This document shows, piece after piece, positions 26,285 through 35,251 of a DNA stretch of 60,334 nt (the stretch's first letter is position 1; every line of letters begins with the position of its first letter). The position numbers were made by a program, and so were the translations under genes. Source of the stretch: Deltaproteobacteria bacterium (GTDB lineage Bacteria; Desulfobacterota; Desulfomonilia; UBA1062); contig JAKQBR010000308.1 of the NCBI GenBank assembly GCA_029574005.1, positions 1 through 60,334 of the forward strand, in the 5' to 3' direction. Below the pieces are notes generated by a model that worked only from the letters and a program-made list of their open reading frames with translations, made no database searches and had not been told where the DNA came from.

Positions 26285-27052
26285 ATGAAGATCGCGGTCA
26301 CCGGCAAAGGGGGGGTGGGAAAATCCACCATCACCGCGGCGCTGGCGCTCTTAGCCGCCCGGCAGGGGAAAAAGGTCCTGGCCATCGACGCCGACCCGGA
26401 CGCCAACCTGGCCTCGGCCTTGGGCATACCCCTGGCGGCACAGAAGGCAATCGTCACCATCGCGGCCCACAAGCGCCTGATCGAGGAGCGCACCGGCGCC
26501 AAGGTGCAGCAGTACGGCCAGATCTTCAAGCTCAACCCCGAGGTAGCCGATATTGCCGACGCCTATGCCTACCGCCATCAGGGGGTGGCCCTTTTGGTCC
26601 TGGGCGCGGTGCAAGCTGGCGGCACGGGCTGCGCCTGCCCGGAGAACGTGCTCTTGCGGGCGCTGGTCCAGGACGCGGTGCTGGGGCGGGACGACGTTCT
26701 GTTCATGGACATGGAGCCCGGCATCGAGCACCTGGGGCGCGCCACGGCCCGCGGCGTGTCTGCGCTCGTCATCGTGGTGGAGCCTGGCCAGCGCGCGATC
26801 GAATCGTACAAGCGCATCGCAGGCATGGCATCCGACATCGGCCTAGGCAATATCGTGGTGATCGGCAACAAGGTCAGGTCCCCGGAGGATGAGGCCATGA
26901 TCATTGGCGGCGTGGAGAAGGCACGCCTCATCGGCCTGATCCCCTATACCGAGCGCTTCCTGGCCAACGACCGCGACGGCCGCTCGGCCTTGGACGACCT
27001 GGACGATGAGATCTCCACCCTTTTGGCAGACATCCTCCAGAGCCTCCTGTAA
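26285..27052 (+). CDS. cooC: CODH/ACS nickel-insertion ATPase, CooC/AcsF type (255 aa)
   Basis: P-loop GKGGVGKST and CxC motif GTGCACPEN. MinD/ParA-like size. Lies in the acs cluster. Confidence 0.85.
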   Translation: MKIAVTGKGGVGKSTITAALALLAARQGKKVLAIDADPDANLASALGIPLAAQKAIVTIAAHKRLIEERTGAKVQQYGQIFKLNPEVADIADAYAYRHQGVALLVLGAVQAGGTGCACPENVLLRALVQDAVLGRDDVLFMDMEPGIEHLGRATARGVSALVIVVEPGQRAIESYKRIAGMASDIGLGNIVVIGNKVRSPEDEAMIIGGVEKARLIGLIPYTERFLANDRDGRSALDDLDDEISTLLADILQSLL

Positions 27053-27250
27053 CCAATCGCACGCGTTCCCCGGCCGAACAGTTCTCGAACAACACCGATG
27101 CCTTGCGTACGGATGGCGGGCATGGTCAAGATCAGCCGTCCGGTGCCGAAGGGGGTGAACTTCGCAAGCGTCTGTCCGAGCGCTTGGAAGGGCTGCGGCA
27201 GAACCCGGCTGCCTGGATCGGCGCGCTGGCGGGCTCGGGCATGACGGCGC

Positions 27251-27628
27251 CGGTCCGGGAGCCATATCGATCCCGCACGCCTGCAGGGCCGCTCTGTCAG
27301 GACCGTGCTGTGGATGCTCAAATACCTTGAGGACCTCGGCGAGGCGGCGTCTTACTGCAAGCGGAGCATCGCGCTCTAGCCTTTGGCCGAGGACATCTAT
27401 CGTCGCCTCATGGTCTGCTGCCGGAACCTGGGGCGCCGAAGAGAGGCCCTGGCCGTATACGACCGGTTGAAACAGGCGTTCTTGACCGAGCTGAATGAGC
27501 CGCCCTCGCCCGAAAACGAGGAGCCTCGCGGCACGGCCCGCGACCATGAGCGCGGGTGGCTACCGGTAGGGTGCACAACCGCGGTCGGCTTCATTACGCA
27601 CCCGACACCGAAGGGAGACGGGAATTGA
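27251..27628 (+). pseudogene. Relic of a BTAD-domain (SARP/AfsR-type) regulator C-terminus
   Basis: The frame reads ..LEDLGEAASYCKRSIAL*PLAEDIYRRLMVCCRNLGRRREALAVYDRLKQAFLTELNEPPSPE, the typical BTAD signature. An in-frame TAG lies at 27377-27379. No N-terminal DNA-binding or ATPase part is present. Confidence 0.45.
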
Positions 27629-27660
27629 CAACCCGGAAACGAATCTGTTAGCTCTCTGGC

Positions 27661-28752
27661 ATGAGTATACCCATAAAACCGAATTGCATTGCCACGGCCA
27701 TCGGCAGTTTCCCGCATCCAGAGGCCTCCCCGGCCCTGGATATCGTCTTTGCCTCGCTTCCGGATGCGCCCCTGTGGCCGCAGCTGCCCAGACGGGGTCT
27801 CTATGAGCAGATGGAGATCCAGTATTCCGAGGGCATGCCATGCGCGAAGATCGACGCTGAAAAGGGCCGCATGCACTTCGAGACCGGCGGCGATTATTCC
27901 GAGGAGTTCGCCAGCTTCTACGAGACCTACCTGGCGGCCGCCGAGGCCGGATCAGGCGAAGGCGACTTCTCGGCCCTGGCCATCAGTCAGGCGTTCTCCC
28001 AGGGGCTCCACGCCTTCGAGGAGCGCCTCAAGGCGGGTGGTAAACGCTACCCCTACCTCAAGGTGCAGACCACCGGGCCGTGCTCGTTCGCGCTGACCAT
28101 TACGGACGAGAACAAGCGCGCCATCTTTTACCAGGAAGAGTTCCGCGACATGATCGTCAAGGCCCTGTCCATGAAGTGCCGCTGGCAGATCCAGAGGTTT
28201 CAGCGCTACGCCGAGCGGATGATCTGCTTCATCGACGAGCCCATCCTGTCGGCCTTCGGGTCTTCGACCTACATCGCGGTCAAGCGCGAAGAGGTGGTGG
28301 CCATGGTCGCCGAGCAGGTTCAGGCCGTGCACGCCGAGGACGCCGTCGCCGGTGTGCACTGCTGCGGCAATACGGACTGGACCATGCTGATCGACGCGGG
28401 CGTGGACCTGATCAACCTGGACGCCTTCAGCTACGGCGAGACCATCGCCCTGTATCCCGATGCCATGCGGCGCTTCCTGGAAAGCGGCGGACTGATCGCC
28501 TGGGGCATCGTGCCAACCTCGCAGGCCGTGCGGGAGCAGACGCCCGAGGGCCTGCTGGAACGCTTCGGCACGCTGGTCGATTTGCTCGCGGCCAAGACAT
28601 CGATGCCAAAAGACCTGATCCTGTCGCAATCTTTGGTCACGCCCTCCTGCGGCACGGGCTCGCTGAGCGTTGCAGACGCCGAGCGCGTCTTCGCGCTGCT
28701 GAAAGAGCTCTCCTTGCTCGCACGCGCCCGCTTCAGCCTGGACGAGGAGTGA
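27661..28752 (+). CDS. MetE-C-terminal / UROD / MtaA-superfamily (Zn-type) methyltransferase-like protein (363 aa)
   Basis: N-terminal IATAIGSFPH, FIDEP, and GVHCCGNTDW (an H-x-C-type metal site as in cobalamin-dependent methyl transfer partners and MetE). Sits between the two cooC genes. Confidence 0.5.
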   Translation: MSIPIKPNCIATAIGSFPHPEASPALDIVFASLPDAPLWPQLPRRGLYEQMEIQYSEGMPCAKIDAEKGRMHFETGGDYSEEFASFYETYLAAAEAGSGEGDFSALAISQAFSQGLHAFEERLKAGGKRYPYLKVQTTGPCSFALTITDENKRAIFYQEEFRDMIVKALSMKCRWQIQRFQRYAERMICFIDEPILSAFGSSTYIAVKREEVVAMVAEQVQAVHAEDAVAGVHCCGNTDWTMLIDAGVDLINLDAFSYGETIALYPDAMRRFLESGGLIAWGIVPTSQAVREQTPEGLLERFGTLVDLLAAKTSMPKDLILSQSLVTPSCGTGSLSVADAERVFALLKELSLLARARFSLDEE

Positions 28753-28759
28753 ACACGCC

Positions 28760-29530
28760 TTGAAGCCCTACACCATCGCGATTACCGGCAAGGGCGGCAC
28801 GGGCAAGACCACCATCGCCGCGGCCATCGTCGCCAGCCTCATCCGCCGCGGGCTCTCTCCGGTGCTGGCCGTGGACGCCGACCCCAACTCCTGCCTGGAC
28901 GGCGTCCTGGGCGTGCAAGTAGACAAGACCGTGGGCCGCTTGCGGGAAGAAAGCCGCGGCGCCGGCACCGGCGGGCCAAGCGGCATATCCAAGCGCGACC
29001 TCGTGGAACTGAGGATCGCCGAATGCCTGGTCGAGGCAAAAGACTTTGACCTGATCGCCATGGGCCGGCCCGAAGGCCCGGGCTGCTACTGCTATGCCAA
29101 CAACCTTTTCAAGGACGTGATCGGCAAGCTCACCCAGAGCTACCCCTTTATCGTGATCGACAACGAGGCCGGGCTGGAGAACCTCTCGCGCCGGCTGTAC
29201 CAGAGCATCGACCTCCTGATCATCACCGGCGACCCTTCCCGCCGCGGTCTGGCCACCATCGAGCGGCTCTACAACCTGGCCGGAGAAATGGGCATCGCCT
29301 ACGACGCCCTGGCGCTCGCGATCAACCTGGTGCGCAGCGGCTATGGCATGGAAGAGCTCGAGGCCCTGCAGCTCAAGACCAGCGCGCGCCACCTCCTGAC
29401 CCTGCCCTTCGATGCGGACATGGCCTTAGCCGGCGAGCAGGGACGCAGCATCCTGGGCGTCGATCCGTCAAACCCGGTGCTGTCCAGAATAGACGGATTC
29501 ATTACGCGGCTGGGCCTCCAGAACCCCTAA
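28760..29530 (+). CDS. cooC: Second CooC/AcsF-type nickel-insertion ATPase (256 aa)
   Basis: P-loop GKGGTGKTT and CxC motif GPGCYCYAN. Confidence 0.85.
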   Translation: MKPYTIAITGKGGTGKTTIAAAIVASLIRRGLSPVLAVDADPNSCLDGVLGVQVDKTVGRLREESRGAGTGGPSGISKRDLVELRIAECLVEAKDFDLIAMGRPEGPGCYCYANNLFKDVIGKLTQSYPFIVIDNEAGLENLSRRLYQSIDLLIITGDPSRRGLATIERLYNLAGEMGIAYDALALAINLVRSGYGMEELEALQLKTSARHLLTLPFDADMALAGEQGRSILGVDPSNPVLSRIDGFITRLGLQNP

Positions 29531-29730
29531 AACAGCGCACCCCGATCGGCCTTCAAAATGGGTTGACCTATCCGATATAACCTCTCTCCTTCCATCACGC
29601 GTCATCCGTCTCCATTCAACGCCTCCTGGTGAATGAACTTCAGGATTTGACTCCGTCTGATTGTGTGCTAAGTCAACTATGTTTTCCCCAATCGCATGCC
29701 GGGGAAATCCTTTGCCAGGAGAAGTGCGAC

Positions 29731-31680
29731 GTGGAGAAGAAACCGAAAACGGCTGAGGAAAGGGCTTGCGACCCTGCCTCGATATCATCCATCTGCAAGG
29801 CCGCGACCGATTGCGTGGACCTGAGCTTCTTTCGGGTCGAGCGCCAGGGCGCACCATGCCCCTTCGGCGCCAAGGGCCTGTGCTGCCGCATCTGCCACAT
29901 GGGCCCCTGCCGCATCACGGCCAAGTCACCGCGCGGGGTCTGCGGGGCCGACGCCGACACCATCGTGGCGCGCAACTTTCTGCGCGAGGTGGCCGGCGGA
30001 GCCGCCGCTCATTCCGACCACGGCCGGCACCTGGTGCTGCTCTTAAAGAGGATCGGCCGCGGAGAAGGCGGGGCGTACACCGTCAAGGACGAGCAGGCCC
30101 TGCACCGGGTCGCCCGCAGCTATGGGATCGATGTTCAGGGCATGGACATCTCCGCGCTGGCCGCCCAGGTGGCCGAGGTCCTCCTCGCGGAATTCACCTC
30201 CCAGGAGGAACCGCTCAAGACCCTGAGGCTCTCCCCTTTGAGCAGGCAGGGCGTATGGCGGAAGCAGGACGCCTCCCCCTCGGGCGTGGACCGGATGGTG
30301 GTGGAGGCCATGCACCGTACCCACATGGGCGTGGACCACGACTACATGAACATCCTCCTGCACGCCTTCCGCCTGTCGCTGGCCGACGGCTGGGGAGGGT
30401 CGCGCATCGCCTCCATGGTCTCGGACATCCTCTTCGGCACGCCCATGCCGGTGCGCAGCACGGCCAACCTGGGCATCTTGGGCGCGGAGACGGTGAACGT
30501 CCTGGTCCACGGCCACGAACCGGCCCTGTCCGAGATGCTCGCCGCCGCCGCCAACGACCCGGAGGTCAAGGAGTACGCAAAGCAGGCGGGCGCATCCGGC
30601 CTCACCCTCGCCGGCATCTGCTGCACGGCCAATGAGGTCCTCATGCGCCACGGCATACCGGTCGCCGGCAACTTCCTGCAGCAGGAGCTCGCCATCGTGA
30701 CCGGCGCGGTGGAGATGATGCTCATCGACGTGCAGTGCTGCATGCCGAGCCTGCCGGACGTGGCCAAGAGCTATCATACCGAGATCGTCTCCACGAGCCG
30801 CATCGCCAGGACCATCGGCGCACAGGCGGTCGAGTTCCAGACCGACAAGGCCTATGAAATCGCCAAGTCCCTGCTCAAGCGCGCCGCGGACAACTTCAGG
30901 AAGCGCGATCCCCAAAAGGTGGACATCCCCCGTCATACGAGCCCGCTCGTGGCCGGTTTCTCGGTCGAGGCCATCAAGTACATGCTGGGCGGCACCTACC
31001 GCGCCTCGTTCAGGCCGCTCAACGACGCCGTCATCCAGGGTCGCATCAGGGGCGTGGTCGGCATCGTGGGCTGCAACAACGCCAAGAGCAAGCTGGATTC
31101 CTATATCAATACCCTGACCATCGAGCTGCTCAAGGAAAACATCCTGGTCCTGAAGACCGGCTGCGCGGCCATCGCCTCGGCCAAGGCGGGCAAGCTCACA
31201 CCCGAGGCCGCCCTGGAATGTGCGGGCCCTGGCCTCAAAGAGGTGTGCGAGGCCGTGGGCATGCCGCCCGTGCTGCACATGGGCAGCTGCGTGGACAACA
31301 GCCGCCTGCTGGAGGCCGCCACCGAGATCGTGGCCGAAGGCGGCCTAGGAGAGGACCTCTCCGACGTCCCGGTCGTGGGCGTGGCCCCGGAGTGGATGAG
31401 CGAAAAGGCCATCTCCATCGGGTGCTACTTCGTGGCCTCCGGGATAGACGTTGTCCTGGGTCACCCCTTCTCCGTCGAAGGATCGGAGAACGTCACCCGC
31501 TTCCTCCACCACGAGGCCGGAGAGCTGTTCGGCGCATCGTTCCACGTGCACGAAGACCCGCACGCCGCGGCCCGCGCCATCCTCGAGATCATCGACCGGC
31601 GCCGCGAGAAGCTCGGCATCAACCGCAAGGCCGAACGCAAGCTCATGGATATGAAGGATCGGAGGGAACTCGGTGTCTAA
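29731..31680 (+). CDS. cooS: Anaerobic carbon-monoxide dehydrogenase catalytic subunit
   Basis: Motifs CPFGAKGLCCRICHMGPCRI, GVCGADADTIVARNF and HSDHGRH, with full-length colinearity to CooS/AcsA. The likely start is the GTG at 29731, preceded by AGGAGAAG; the track start at 29629 is an upstream GTG. Confidence 0.9.
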   Translation: MEKKPKTAEERACDPASISSICKAATDCVDLSFFRVERQGAPCPFGAKGLCCRICHMGPCRITAKSPRGVCGADADTIVARNFLREVAGGAAAHSDHGRHLVLLLKRIGRGEGGAYTVKDEQALHRVARSYGIDVQGMDISALAAQVAEVLLAEFTSQEEPLKTLRLSPLSRQGVWRKQDASPSGVDRMVVEAMHRTHMGVDHDYMNILLHAFRLSLADGWGGSRIASMVSDILFGTPMPVRSTANLGILGAETVNVLVHGHEPALSEMLAAAANDPEVKEYAKQAGASGLTLAGICCTANEVLMRHGIPVAGNFLQQELAIVTGAVEMMLIDVQCCMPSLPDVAKSYHTEIVSTSRIARTIGAQAVEFQTDKAYEIAKSLLKRAADNFRKRDPQKVDIPRHTSPLVAGFSVEAIKYMLGGTYRASFRPLNDAVIQGRIRGVVGIVGCNNAKSKLDSYINTLTIELLKENILVLKTGCAAIASAKAGKLTPEAALECAGPGLKEVCEAVGMPPVLHMGSCVDNSRLLEAATEIVAEGGLGEDLSDVPVVGVAPEWMSEKAISIGCYFVASGIDVVLGHPFSVEGSENVTRFLHHEAGELFGASFHVHEDPHAAARAILEIIDRRREKLGINRKAERKLMDMKDRRELGV

Positions 31681-34600
31681 ACTCATATGCTCCAGCGCTA
31701 TCACCGGCGCCGCACTGTGGGTGGCGCGCGCCGAGGAAAAACTCATTCAGGCGATCGCGGCCAAGGGAGAGACCTGCCCCGTGGCCTTCCCGGATACGGC
31801 CTATTACCTGCCCGTGATCTACTCCTTCACCGGGCATAAATGCACGACCCTGTCCGAGCTGCGGCCGGTACTGGCCCGTGCCAAGGCCTTGCTGCCCGGC
31901 GTACCGGCCGAGAAGGTCTGGTTGCCCTACCTGGGCAATACGCTCGATGCGGGCGTGGCCACCCTGTTCGCCTGCGAGATCATCGAGGCCTGCAAGTACC
32001 TGATCGGACCCAACCCGGTGGACGGCATCTGGCTGGGCGCGGCCAACGACGTGATCATGCGCGAGCGCGGCCTTGAGTTCGTGGACGGCACCGCGCCCGG
32101 CTTCGCGGCCATCACGGGCGCGGCACCCACCGACGAGATCGCGGTGAAAATAGCGCGCGAGCTGCAGGAAAAGAACATCTATGTGTTCATGGCCGGCCGA
32201 ACGGGCGGGCTCCAGTTCGCGGAGCAGCTCTCGCGCCAGGGGGTCGAGATGGGCTGGGAGACACGGCTTGTGCCGTTCGGCGCCGACGTATCGGCCCTGA
32301 TCTATGCCCTGGGATTCGCCAACCGCTCGGCCCTGTCTTTCGGCAATGTCAAACCCGGCGACTTTAAGGCCAATCTCAAATACAACAAGGAGCGCATCTT
32401 CGCCTTTGTCCTGGCCCTGGGCGAGGTCGACCAGGAGAAGTACGCGGCCGCGGCAGGGGCCTTGAACTACGGCTTTCCGGTCATCGCCGATACCGACATA
32501 CCGCAGATCCTGCCCACCGGCATCTGCACCTACGAGCACGTGGTTTCCAGCGTGCCGTACGAGACCATGGTGGACAAGGCGCTCGAGGTGCGGGGCTGCA
32601 AGGTCAAGATCACGAAGGTGCCCATCCCCGTGCCCTACGGCCCCGCCTTCGAGGGCGAGCGCGTGCGCAAGCAGGACACGCGTGTGGAGTTCGGCGGCAA
32701 CCTGACCCCGGCCTTCGAGTTCGTGACCATGACCGACATGGACGCGATCAATGACGGCGAGATCGAGATCATCGGCCCGGACGTGGACGAGGTCCCGGAA
32801 GGTTCGGCCCTGCCCCTGGCCATCTGGGTCGAGGTGGCGGGGCGCAAGATGCAGCAGGATTTCGAGGCCATCTTGGAGCGCCAGATCCACCACCTGATCA
32901 ACGGCAACGAAGGCATCTGGCACATGGGCCAGCGTGACATCGTCTGGACGCGCATCTCGAAGAGCGGCTACGCCAAGGGCCTGCGCCTGAAAGATTACGG
33001 CGAGATCCTGCACGCCAAGTTCCTGGGCAACTACCCGGCCATCGTGGACAAGGTCAAGGTGACCTTGATCACGCAACTTGACGAGGTCGAGAAGCGCCTG
33101 GCCATGGCGCGCGCCACCTACATGGAGCGCAACCGCCGCCTGGAGTCCATGACCGACGAGTCCGTGGACATCTTCTATTCCTGCCTGCTCTGCCAGTCGT
33201 TTGCGCTCAACCACGTGTGCGTGGTCACGCCCGAGCGTCTGGGGCTGTGCGGGGCATACAACTGGCTGGACGCCAAGGCCGCCTACGAGATCGACGAGAA
33301 CGGCCCCAACCAGCCCGTGAAAAAGGGCGTGTGCCTGGATGCGGTTAAGGGCGTGTGGAAGGGCGTGGACGAATACGTGTACGCCAACTCGCACAAGATG
33401 GTGGACAGCGTGTGCGCCTACTCCATCATGGATAGGCCCATGACCAGCTGCGGCTGCTTCGAGGTCATCTGCGCCTACGTGCCCGAGTGCAACGGCATCA
33501 TGGCCGTCAACCGCGAGTACACGGCCGACACCCCGGCCGGCATGACCTTCTCGACCCTGGCCGGCAGCGTGGGCGGCGGCCAGCAGACGCCCGGCTTCAT
33601 GGGCTGCGGCAAGGTGTTTTTGACCTCGCGCAAGTTCCTGGCCGCCGAGGGCGGGCACAAGCGTTTGATCTGGATGACCCAGCGCTTGAAGAAGGAGCTG
33701 GCTGAAGACTTGAACCGCCGCTTTGCCGAAGCGGGCGCGCCCGACCTCATGGACAAGATCGCGGACGAGTCCGTGGCCACTGACCCCCACGCCATCCGGG
33801 CCCATATGGAAAAGGTCGGCCACCCGGCGCTGACCATGCCCGACATCGCCCTCTCGGCCGAGACCACTACCCCACCCGCAACGGCTTCGCCGGCCTCCAC
33901 CGCATCTCATCTTTCCCCCTCGCCCCGCGCGGGAGAGGGGGGGCCTGCTTCCGAGCCTGCTGCGCCTGCCGCTCAGGAGAACGAGGGGGGTCTGAGCCTT
34001 GCCCCCGCAACCATAGCCCAGCTCAAGACCGAGCTCATGGACCAGCTCAGGCGGGAGATCAAGCAGAGCCTGACCGAGGAGATCGTCACCGAGATCATCG
34101 GCAGTCTGAGCGAGCGCTTCCTCGGCGCCAAGCCGGCCATCAGGCATGATGCGGCCGTCATCCCGGCGTGTGAGAAAAGCAGCTCCGTCATTCCGGCGAA
34201 CGCCGGAATCCAGGGTTCAGATCTACCGGGTCCCGGCCGGCGCTTAGAGGATGAAAAGAAAAAACCCACGGCCGCCGAACGTTTGAACGCGGTCAAGGCC
34301 ATACCCATCCGCACGGAAACCGCGGAGCTCTCCATCCACGCGGTCACCTTGGGCGGCGGCAACCGCCGCAGCCTCACCATCGGTGGGGATACGGCCATGC
34401 CTTTCCATCTCTGGGAAGGCAGCATGCCCAACCGGCCGCTGGTGGCCATGGAGGTCTTCGATACGGTAAGCCCCAAGTACCCCTCAGTGCTGAGAGATAT
34501 CTGGGGCGGGCTTCTCTCAGACCCGGCCGCCATGGCAAGAGCCTGTGTCGAGAGTTACGGCGCCGACCTGATCAGCGTGCGGTTGGAAGGCACCCACCCA

Positions 34601-35248
34601 GAGAAGGGCGGCCGGACGCCGGCCCAGGCCCTGGACGTGGTCAAGTCCGTTCTGGCGGCCGTGGACGTGCCCATCATCGTCACGGGCACAAGCCACTTCG
34701 AGAGCAACAACGAGGTCATGAAGGTTCTCGCCCGCGGCTGCGAGGGCGAAAACCTCTTACTGAACTGGGTAGAGCAGGACAACTACCGCACCATCGCGGG
34801 CGCGGCCCTGGCCTATGGCCACAGCATCGTGGCCCAGAGCCCGATCGACGTCAACATCGCCAAGCAGCTCGTGATCCTCCTGACCGGCATGAACATCCCG
34901 GTCGAGCGCATCGTGATCGACCCGGTCACGAGCGCCTTAGGCTACGGCATCGAGTACACCTACTCGGTCATGGAGCGCATCCGCCAGAGCGGCCTGGGGG
35001 GCGATAGCATGCTGGCCTGCCCATTGATCGTCTCGCCCGGACAGGAATGCGCCAAGATCAAGGAACTGCGCGCGTCCCAAGCCGAGTTCCCAGCCTGGGG
35101 CGACCTGGCACGCCGCGCGGCCCTGTGGGAATTCAGCACCGCCAGCGCCTTGCTCTACGCCGGGGCAGGCATCCTGATCATGTATCACCCCGAGGCGGCC
35201 GTGGCGCTCAAGAGAACCATTACCGACCTCATGGATGGAAGGAGCTAA
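31673..35248 (+). CDS. acsB-acsD: Acetyl-CoA synthase (AcsB) fused to the corrinoid Fe-S protein small subunit (AcsD), 1191 aa
   Basis: Residues 1-~725 align with bacterial AcsB up to its natural C-terminus (..EKVGHPALTMPDI). Motifs include FYSCLLCQSFALNHVCVVTPERLGLCGA and SCGCFE. The last ~310 aa align with AcsD (SLTIGGDTAMPFH, YGADLISVRLEG, IDPVTSALGYGIEYTYSVMERIR). A ~159-codon low-complexity linker joins them. The GTG start overlaps the cooS stop; RBS GGAGGG. Confidence 0.9.
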   Translation: MSKLICSSAITGAALWVARAEEKLIQAIAAKGETCPVAFPDTAYYLPVIYSFTGHKCTTLSELRPVLARAKALLPGVPAEKVWLPYLGNTLDAGVATLFACEIIEACKYLIGPNPVDGIWLGAANDVIMRERGLEFVDGTAPGFAAITGAAPTDEIAVKIARELQEKNIYVFMAGRTGGLQFAEQLSRQGVEMGWETRLVPFGADVSALIYALGFANRSALSFGNVKPGDFKANLKYNKERIFAFVLALGEVDQEKYAAAAGALNYGFPVIADTDIPQILPTGICTYEHVVSSVPYETMVDKALEVRGCKVKITKVPIPVPYGPAFEGERVRKQDTRVEFGGNLTPAFEFVTMTDMDAINDGEIEIIGPDVDEVPEGSALPLAIWVEVAGRKMQQDFEAILERQIHHLINGNEGIWHMGQRDIVWTRISKSGYAKGLRLKDYGEILHAKFLGNYPAIVDKVKVTLITQLDEVEKRLAMARATYMERNRRLESMTDESVDIFYSCLLCQSFALNHVCVVTPERLGLCGAYNWLDAKAAYEIDENGPNQPVKKGVCLDAVKGVWKGVDEYVYANSHKMVDSVCAYSIMDRPMTSCGCFEVICAYVPECNGIMAVNREYTADTPAGMTFSTLAGSVGGGQQTPGFMGCGKVFLTSRKFLAAEGGHKRLIWMTQRLKKELAEDLNRRFAEAGAPDLMDKIADESVATDPHAIRAHMEKVGHPALTMPDIALSAETTTPPATASPASTASHLSPSPRAGEGGPASEPAAPAAQENEGGLSLAPATIAQLKTELMDQLRREIKQSLTEEIVTEIIGSLSERFLGAKPAIRHDAAVIPACEKSSSVIPANAGIQGSDLPGPGRRLEDEKKKPTAAERLNAVKAIPIRTETAELSIHAVTLGGGNRRSLTIGGDTAMPFHLWEGSMPNRPLVAMEVFDTVSPKYPSVLRDIWGGLLSDPAAMARACVESYGADLISVRLEGTHPEKGGRTPAQALDVVKSVLAAVDVPIIVTGTSHFESNNEVMKVLARGCEGENLLLNWVEQDNYRTIAGAALAYGHSIVAQSPIDVNIAKQLVILLTGMNIPVERIVIDPVTSALGYGIEYTYSVMERIRQSGLGGDSMLACPLIVSPGQECAKIKELRASQAEFPAWGDLARRAALWEFSTASALLYAGAGILIMYHPEAAVALKRTITDLMDGRS
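33913..33944. repeat. GC-rich CCCCTC...GAGAGGGG element inside the acsB-acsD linker (encodes LSPSPRAGEGG)
   Basis: Imperfect inverted repeat. The peptide it encodes is of the kind usually seen when intergenic repeats are spuriously translated. Confidence 0.35.
34187..34214. repeat. Palindromic REP-like element GTCATTCCGGCGAACGCCGGAATCCAGG inside the acsB-acsD linker
   Basis: ATTCCGGCGAACGCCGGAAT (34190-34209) is a near-perfect palindrome (one central mismatch). It translates as VIPANAGIQ on plus and WIPAFAGMT on minus. From memory, both are signatures of a repeat normally found between genes in many proteobacteria. A half-copy GTCATCCCGGCG lies at 34157. Confidence 0.5.
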
Positions 35249-35251
35249 GCC

